Shown piece by piece: positions 26,302 through 32,000 of a stretch of 32,000 nt of DNA. This DNA is from Candidatus Thorarchaeota archaeon. Its GTDB lineage: Archaea > Asgardarchaeota > Thorarchaeia > Thorarchaeales > Thorarchaeaceae. Both the position numbers and the translations under genes were made by a program. Position 1 is the stretch's first letter; each line of letters opens with the position of its first letter. The stretch is taken from NCBI GenBank assembly GCA_003345555.1, contig PRDJ01000001.1, positions 30,001 to 62,000 on the forward strand, in the 5' to 3' direction. The notes below the pieces were generated by a model. That model was not told the origin of the DNA. It saw only the letters and a program-made list of their open reading frames with translations, and ran no database searches.

Positions 26302-27897
26302 GTGATTCCTATCGCAGATGTCGCTCAGAAGGCTGGCGTATCGCTCGAGTTTCTTGAACCATATGGCAAGTACATGGCAAAGATTGACCTTGGGATCAGG
26401 AAGGAGCTCGGTGAGCGAAAGGGTAAGCTCATTCTCGTGACAGCAACAACTCCTACTCCGGCCGGAGAGGGCAAGACCACGAACTCCATAGGGCTTTCCA
26501 TGTCTCTCAATGCTCTGGGCTACAAGGGTGTCGTAACCCTTAGAGAGCCCTCACTCGGTCCTGTGTTCGGCGTAAAGGGAGGTGCTGCGGGAGGCGGGAA
26601 GTCTCAGGTACTCCCATTCGAAAAGATCAATCTGCTCTTCACATCAGACTTCCCTGCTGTCTCTGCCGCTCACAATCTTCTCTCTGCGATGATTGACAAT
26701 CACATCCACCAAGGCAACCAGCTTGACATTGACCTGCGAAGAGTCTACTGGCCGCGGACCATTGACATGAATGACAGATCGTTGAGGAAAGTCACTGTCG
26801 GGCTTGGTGGAAAAGCAAATGGTTTCCCTCGTGAGGACACATTCGTCATTACTGCAGCATCCGAAATCATGGCCATTCTTGGACTGGCAGCTGATTACGA
26901 CGATCTCAAGGCGCGTCTTGGACGAGTGCTCGTCGGACGCACAGTGAAGCTAGATGAGGTTCATGCGAGCGACCTCAAGGCCGAGGGTGCGATGAGTGTT
27001 CTGCTACGAGATGCACTGATGCCCAACCTCGTTCAGACATCTGAGGGTACTCCCGCCCTGATACATGCTGGTCCTTTTGCCAACATTGCCCACGGCACGA
27101 ATTCTATCACGGCTATTGACGTTGCTCTGAGGTTGTTTGATTACGTGGTTGTCGAGGCCGGCTTCGGTGCTGACTTGGGGGCAGAGAAGTTCATCAACAT
27201 AGTCACTAGGATTGGCGGTTTCAGGGTTGATGCAGTTGTCGTTGTTACGTCAATCCGCGCGCTGATGGGTCATGGGGGTGGTGTCCTTGAGAAGGGCCTG
27301 GGAAACTTGGAGAAGCATATGGAGAACGTGAAGGCCTTTGGCCTGCCTGCTGTTATTGCACTCAACAAGTTCCCTGATGACAATGCTGACCAGATATCCA
27401 CACTGAGAGCTTTCTGTACGAAACGCGGTTGGAAGATGGAAGTTTCGGAAGTCTATGCCAAGGGCAGCGAGGGCGGCAAGGATTTGGCCAAGGCGGTCGT
27501 TGATGCTCTTGGTCAGAAAAGCAAGATTGCCTACACCTACGAGCTGGAAGATGACCTGAAGACCAAAATCAGTAAGGTTGCTACCAAGGTATACGGAGCG
27601 CGAGGGGTCGTTTATTCTGAGGATGCAGAGTCCGATATCAAGTCTCTCGAGAAGCGCGGATATGGAAAGCTGCCCATCTGCATTGCGAAGACGCAGTTCA
27701 GTCTTTCCGATAATCCAAAGCTATTAGGACGACCTACGGGATTTGATGTGTCTGTTAGGGGAGTAGACGTGAGTGCTGGAGCAGGTTTCGTTGTCGTCTA
27801 CATGGGTGACATAATGCTCATGCCAGGTTTGCCGAAGGAACCCGCAGCAGTCAATATGGGCTTGGATGAGAATGCCAACATACACGGAGTATTCTAG
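26302..27897 (+). CDS. fhs: Formate--tetrahydrofolate ligase
   Basis: TPTPAGEGKTT, REPSLGPVFGVKGGAAGGG, ITAASEIMAIL, HAGPFANIAHG, EAGFGADLGAEKF and MPGLP. GTG start. Confidence 0.97.
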   Translation: MIPIADVAQKAGVSLEFLEPYGKYMAKIDLGIRKELGERKGKLILVTATTPTPAGEGKTTNSIGLSMSLNALGYKGVVTLREPSLGPVFGVKGGAAGGGKSQVLPFEKINLLFTSDFPAVSAAHNLLSAMIDNHIHQGNQLDIDLRRVYWPRTIDMNDRSLRKVTVGLGGKANGFPREDTFVITAASEIMAILGLAADYDDLKARLGRVLVGRTVKLDEVHASDLKAEGAMSVLLRDALMPNLVQTSEGTPALIHAGPFANIAHGTNSITAIDVALRLFDYVVVEAGFGADLGAEKFINIVTRIGGFRVDAVVVVTSIRALMGHGGGVLEKGLGNLEKHMENVKAFGLPAVIALNKFPDDNADQISTLRAFCTKRGWKMEVSEVYAKGSEGGKDLAKAVVDALGQKSKIAYTYELEDDLKTKISKVATKVYGARGVVYSEDAESDIKSLEKRGYGKLPICIAKTQFSLSDNPKLLGRPTGFDVSVRGVDVSAGAGFVVVYMGDIMLMPGLPKEPAAVNMGLDENANIHGVF

Positions 27898-27908
27898 GTG
27901 ATGAATCC

Positions 27909-28844
27909 ATGACGACTATGGAGGCTACTGTAGAAACATTCTGTGAGGACCGGATTGTCAGTGGCAAGAAGCTGGCTGCACATATTGAGGCGGAAATCAT
28001 GCGGGAGATTGCTCGTCTTACAGAGATGAATGAGATACCGCCGAAACTTGTCACGGTTCAGGTCGGTGAGGACCCGGGCTCCACAATGTACGTCCGTATG
28101 AAACACAAGGCTTGCCAAAGAGTTGGTATTGCCTCGGGGCAGTTCAACCTCCCCGAGAACATTACAGAGGAAGAGCTAATCGAGGTGATACGCACCCTGA
28201 ACCGCGATGCTACAGTTCATGGCATACTTGTCCAACTTCCTCTGCCCAAGCATATCAATGAAGAACGAATTATCAGCACAATCGAGCCTACGAAGGATGT
28301 CGACGGTTTCTCTCCAACCAACATCTACCGACTCTTCTATGGCAGCGAGCTGCTCGGTGCTGCAACTCCCCAAGGCATCGTGACGATTCTCGATCATCTC
28401 TGCAGTCGACTGCAAGGAAAACATGCTGTCGTAGTTAACAGGTCGACAATCGTTGGGAAGCCTTTGATTCTAATGTTGCTGAACCGGGACCTCACAGTTA
28501 CGGTCTGCCATTCCAAGACGGTAGATCTCCCCTCGTTCACAAGGCAGGCTGATATCCTCATAACCGCTATTGGTCGTCGCAAATCGAAGGAAGACCCGTA
28601 CTTCATCACCGCTGACATGGTCAAGCAAGGGGCGATTGTGATTGATGTAGCTACTCCGAACGGCGATTGTGATCTCGAAGGCATGAAAGATAAGGTGGCA
28701 TTCATAACGCCGGTTCCGGGAGGAGTAGGTCCCATGACCATCACTATGCTGCTAAAGAACGTTCTCTCGGCCTACGCATTCGAAAGGGCAGCGACGAATG
28801 TCTTGACAAGTGATGCAATCGACTTGGGAACATACGCCAGTTGA
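27909..28844 (+). CDS. folD: Bifunctional methylenetetrahydrofolate dehydrogenase/cyclohydrolase
   Basis: YVRMK (YxxxK), GILVQLPLP, KDVDG, RSTIVGKP and TPVPGGVGPMT. GGTGA RBS at 27897-27901. Confidence 0.95.
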   Translation: MTTMEATVETFCEDRIVSGKKLAAHIEAEIMREIARLTEMNEIPPKLVTVQVGEDPGSTMYVRMKHKACQRVGIASGQFNLPENITEEELIEVIRTLNRDATVHGILVQLPLPKHINEERIISTIEPTKDVDGFSPTNIYRLFYGSELLGAATPQGIVTILDHLCSRLQGKHAVVVNRSTIVGKPLILMLLNRDLTVTVCHSKTVDLPSFTRQADILITAIGRRKSKEDPYFITADMVKQGAIVIDVATPNGDCDLEGMKDKVAFITPVPGGVGPMTITMLLKNVLSAYAFERAATNVLTSDAIDLGTYAS

Positions 28845-28917
28845 GTCTCCGGGACAGCATGGTAGCCTGCCCAAACCTTTTTTGCCGGTTTCCCCAGCGT
28901 CCCCATCGGTGACAAGC

Positions 28918-30492
28918 GTGAAGATAGTAGAATGCGTGCCAAACTTCAGCGAAGGCCGACGAAAGGAGGTCATCGATGCTCTGGCTGAGGCGATGCGCAG
29001 TGTCGAAGGCGTGAAGCTTCTGGATGTTGAGTACGATCAGGACCATAATCGGTCTGTATTCACTCTCATAGGGGAGCCGCAGAAAGTCAAGGAAGCGGTC
29101 TTGAAAGCCTCTCAGCTTGCTGTTCAGAAGATTGATCTCAACAAGCACAAGGGCGCTCATCCAAGGATGGGAGCAGTCGATGTTGTGCCCTTCATACCAC
29201 TTCACGGAGTCACAATTGGAGAGTGTATTGAGCTTTCTAAGGAATTCGCTCAGGAGTTCTCGAAGGCCTGCAATGTACCGGTATACTTGTATGCAAAGTC
29301 TGCGACGCGACCGGACCGTGTTGATTTGCCTAATGTCAGAGAGGGCGAGTTCGAGGGGCTAAGGAAGCTAATCGGCACGGATCCGACCAAAGATCCGGAC
29401 TATGGGCCAAAGAAGATTCACCCGACGGCGGGCTGTACCGCGTCAGGCGCTCGCAACTTCCTGATTGCATTTAATGCCAACTTGAACACGACAGATTTGA
29501 GAGTCGCCAAAGCCTGCGCAGACGCAGTGAAGGCAAGTGCGGGCGGGTTCGTCTACGTTCAAGCGATGGGCCTTGACTTGCCCAAGAAGGGCATGACCCA
29601 GATTTCAATGAACCTAACAAATCCTAGACTCACGAAAATGCATCAAGCTCTGGAAGTAGTGCGCATGGAGGCACGCCGTCATGGTGCCGCAGTTGTCGAA
29701 ACCGAAATTGTTGGCATGGTGCCGTTGTTTGCACTTATTGACGCGCTTAGGTACTATTTCCAGGTCGAGAAGCTCGAGGAATCAATGATTCTCGATCTCT
29801 ACTACTTGGCCGGCGCACAGGAACCGACCAAGAAGACCTTCACAGAGATGTCGCTGATCGAATTCGGTGATGAGGTCAGACGCGCAAGTGCCACTCCGGG
29901 CGGAGGAAGCGTTGCAGCCGTCATGGGATCCTATGGTGCGGGTCTTGTATGTATGGTAAGTGGCCTCTCACTTTCGGGCCGCAAGTTCGCTGCTGTCCAC
30001 GAAGAGATGATTGAACTGAGGCATGCAGCAGAAACAGAGCGTGGCATTCTGATGGATCTCGTGGAGAAGGATTCTGCCGCATTCGAGGATGTTCTGTCTG
30101 CCTTTAGACTGCCCGAAACCACGGATGTCGAGAAGAGAACAAAGGCCGACAAGGTTGAGGCGGCAACAAAGCACGCATCCGAAATCCCGTTGCAGACAAT
30201 GCAGCACTCGTTCAAAGCTCTCGAACGTGCGAAGGTGGTTGCCGAAAAGGGCAATGCAAATGCAATTACTGACGCCGGCGTTGCGGCTATTGCTCTCTTT
30301 GGAGCCATAGAAGGCGCAGCGCTTAATGTGCGCATTAATCTTGGAAACATACATGACAAGCCGTTCATGAAGAGAATGAGCGATGAAGTTGACAGGCTGA
30401 CATCAGGTGGTCAAGAGCTCAAGGATGAGATACTGACAACAGTGAATGCTCGAATGAGAGAACTATCAGGTCAGCAAGGCGGAGCTACTTGA
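28918..30492 (+). CDS. ftcd: Fused glutamate formiminotransferase / formiminotetrahydrofolate cyclodeaminase
   Basis: VECVPNFSEGR, DHNRSV and HPRMGAVDVVPFIP (FT domain); TPGGGSVAA and NVRINL (cyclodeaminase domain). GTG 28918 with GGTGA at 28908-28912. The ORF track starts at 28810. Confidence 0.95.
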   Translation: MKIVECVPNFSEGRRKEVIDALAEAMRSVEGVKLLDVEYDQDHNRSVFTLIGEPQKVKEAVLKASQLAVQKIDLNKHKGAHPRMGAVDVVPFIPLHGVTIGECIELSKEFAQEFSKACNVPVYLYAKSATRPDRVDLPNVREGEFEGLRKLIGTDPTKDPDYGPKKIHPTAGCTASGARNFLIAFNANLNTTDLRVAKACADAVKASAGGFVYVQAMGLDLPKKGMTQISMNLTNPRLTKMHQALEVVRMEARRHGAAVVETEIVGMVPLFALIDALRYYFQVEKLEESMILDLYYLAGAQEPTKKTFTEMSLIEFGDEVRRASATPGGGSVAAVMGSYGAGLVCMVSGLSLSGRKFAAVHEEMIELRHAAETERGILMDLVEKDSAAFEDVLSAFRLPETTDVEKRTKADKVEAATKHASEIPLQTMQHSFKALERAKVVAEKGNANAITDAGVAAIALFGAIEGAALNVRINLGNIHDKPFMKRMSDEVDRLTSGGQELKDEILTTVNARMRELSGQQGGAT

Positions 30493-31669
30493 CAGCTGTC
30501 AACTTGGCACCCTGACCAATCCTTGTCAGATAGGGTATTCCACCAACCTTCCTGATAGCCTCGGCCACTTCCTTCTCATGACCGGGTGCATACGCAAGCA
30601 TGGTCCCTCCCCCGCCACTTCCGTTTATCTTGCACCCAAGCGCACCGGCTGCCTTGGCCGCCGAGATGAGCTCCTCGATTCTGGCTGTTGATCGATGAAG
30701 CCCATCCCTTAGCAGGACATGGTGTTCATTCAGCATTGAGCCAACTATGCGAGGGTCCGGTTTCTTGGAACTCAGCACCTTGAGTGCTCGCGCAGTGAGA
30801 TCCCTGTTGCGTATTGTCGTGAGAGTCATCAATCGACAATCTAAGGGCAACGTGTCTATGTGCTTAGATACCAGCTTAAGTGGAGTCTCTCTCTGATTGA
30901 ATCCCGGTATAGCCTTCGACAGTCGCCTATAGCCATCTTCGACCGTCGCCCTGATTGTAGTGAGGTCACCCACGGTGTCCTTCTTCTTTTCTTGCGAATC
31001 TCCAATTACCAACCCATCGAGGCTTGCTGCGATTCTTGTGAGCTTGTTCTGTCTGCCGCAGTCAACGTGGATTAATCCCCCGTACGCCGAGGCGAAATGG
31101 TCCATCATACCCCCGCTCTCCCCAAACTCGCGAACCTCGGCTTGGAATGCAAGATTGGCTAGTCTCTCTGGGTCCAAGTCTTCTCCTGCCAGATGAGCGG
31201 CGGTCATCACCGACGCGACCGTGAGCGCTGATGAACTTGATAGCCCTCCGGCTATCGGGATGTTCCCAGCTATGGCGAGCTCAGCACCCGTCCTTGGAAT
31301 GAGCCCTTGTCGCGCGACCACGTTGAAGGCGCTCCTGAGGTAGTCACGACGTTGCCGATACGACAGATTCTCACCGATTCGGAATGAGTCCGCTTGTTTG
31401 AGGTCACTATAGAGTACCCTAATCTCTGAACCCTCTCCCGGTTTTCCCGAAATGGTAATGCATCGATCTATAGCACCCGGAATCACGGGAAGTCCAATGT
31501 AGTCGCTATGCTCTCCGAACAAACACACCCGTCCGGGTGCCGTAACAAGGAAAGGTTGAGCTGCTATCATTGCTTTCAACCCAATCTTTGACATCAATGT
31601 GTCTTTTGGTAATCGCCTTGAAACCATGGTCTCATTCTTGATTAGCGCTACTTGGTGCGCGGTAGGCAT
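30485..31669 (-). CDS. Galactokinase-like GHMP kinase
   Basis: APGRVCLFGEHSDY, PIAGGLSSSSA, GGMMDH and GCKINGSGGGG. The true start may be a downstream ATG. The stop overlaps the ftcd stop region by 8 nt. Confidence 0.88.
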   Translation of the reverse strand: MPTAHQVALIKNETMVSRRLPKDTLMSKIGLKAMIAAQPFLVTAPGRVCLFGEHSDYIGLPVIPGAIDRCITISGKPGEGSEIRVLYSDLKQADSFRIGENLSYRQRRDYLRSAFNVVARQGLIPRTGAELAIAGNIPIAGGLSSSSALTVASVMTAAHLAGEDLDPERLANLAFQAEVREFGESGGMMDHFASAYGGLIHVDCGRQNKLTRIAASLDGLVIGDSQEKKKDTVGDLTTIRATVEDGYRRLSKAIPGFNQRETPLKLVSKHIDTLPLDCRLMTLTTIRNRDLTARALKVLSSKKPDPRIVGSMLNEHHVLLRDGLHRSTARIEELISAAKAAGALGCKINGSGGGGTMLAYAPGHEKEVAEAIRKVGGIPYLTRIGQGAKLTAVK

Positions 31670-31676
31670 GGTCTGC

Positions 31677-32000
31677 CTACTTCGGACCTAGTGCCAGCCT
31701 AATTGCTGTTTCAAAATCCTCTGGGGTTACCCCTGGAGAATCGATTCTGATGTCCGCGTAAGTCTTCCTTAATCGGTCGATGATATCGTCGCCAGTCGTT
31801 TTGGCTCCCAGTAACGCATGTTCAATAGCTGCAATCGAATCAGAAGGCACAAGGAAGAAATCTCCGCTCACGACTATGTCTCGAATCGTGTCTTCGGTTT
31901 CCTCGACTGTAACTCTAATCAGTCCTCCGGGTGCCTTGTGGTTTGCAGTCCCGACTGTGGATGTAGCCGATATCTTCACAGTCCTTGCATCATGTAATAC
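31677..32000 (-). CDS. C-terminal domain of a lipoate-protein ligase (partial; the frame stays open to the window edge)
   Basis: HKAPGGLIRV...IVVSGDFF...IEHALLG matches the lipoate ligase C-terminal domain. No stop between 31979 and 32000 in this frame (VLHDART). Confidence 0.8.
   Translation of the reverse strand, partial: VLHDARTVKISATSTVGTANHKAPGGLIRVTVEETEDTIRDIVVSGDFFLVPSDSIAAIEHALLGAKTTGDDIIDRLRKTYADIRIDSPGVTPEDFETAIRLALGPK

Noticed and set aside
28744-29205. 153-aa minus-strand ORF and other short ORFs inside fhs, folD and ftcd
   Set aside because: Antisense overlaps of strongly conserved genes.
1-32000. tRNA, rRNA, CRISPR arrays, transposases, integrases or inteins
   Set aside because: By eye I found no cloverleaf or T-loop motif, spaced repeat array, terminal repeat or mobile-element protein motif, and the intergenic gaps are short. 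tRNAscan-SE and Infernal would be needed to exclude small RNAs in 10228-10526 and 19606-19774.

Overview
A 32 kb, gene-dense archaeal chromosomal window with no rRNA, tRNA, CRISPR array or mobile element that I could detect. An Asgard archaeon, plausibly Thorarchaeota, is inferred from the Rab-like GTPase, archaeal TrmI and AtpI, GGTGA/GGAGG ribosome-binding motifs and TATA-like elements. Contents in order: A/V-type ATP synthase subunit I (possibly with a divergent subunit H start), a 788-aa helical-repeat protein, a coiled-coil plus wHTH protein, TrmI, a HerA/DUF87-type ATPase, several hypothetical and membrane proteins, PyrF, a LysN/ARO8-type aminotransferase preceded by two TGTACA-N4-TGTACA boxes, a complete bacillithiol-type biosynthesis set (bshC-bshA and divergent bshB), a small coiled-coil protein ending in an Ena/VASP-like F-actin-binding motif, a phosphohexomutase, a Rab-like GTPase, an ATP-NAD/AcoX kinase, a class III aminotransferase, an alpha/alpha-barrel protein, a form IV RuBisCO-like protein, an fhs-folD-ftcd folate C1 operon, a galactokinase-like GHMP kinase and the C-terminus of a lipoate-protein ligase. 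The most notable items are the archaeal bacillithiol pathway (with a Cys4 insertion in BshC), the candidate VASP-like actin regulator and the orphan RuBisCO-like protein next to folate C1 genes. All family assignments come from motif recognition and recalled reference sequences. No database searches were run.
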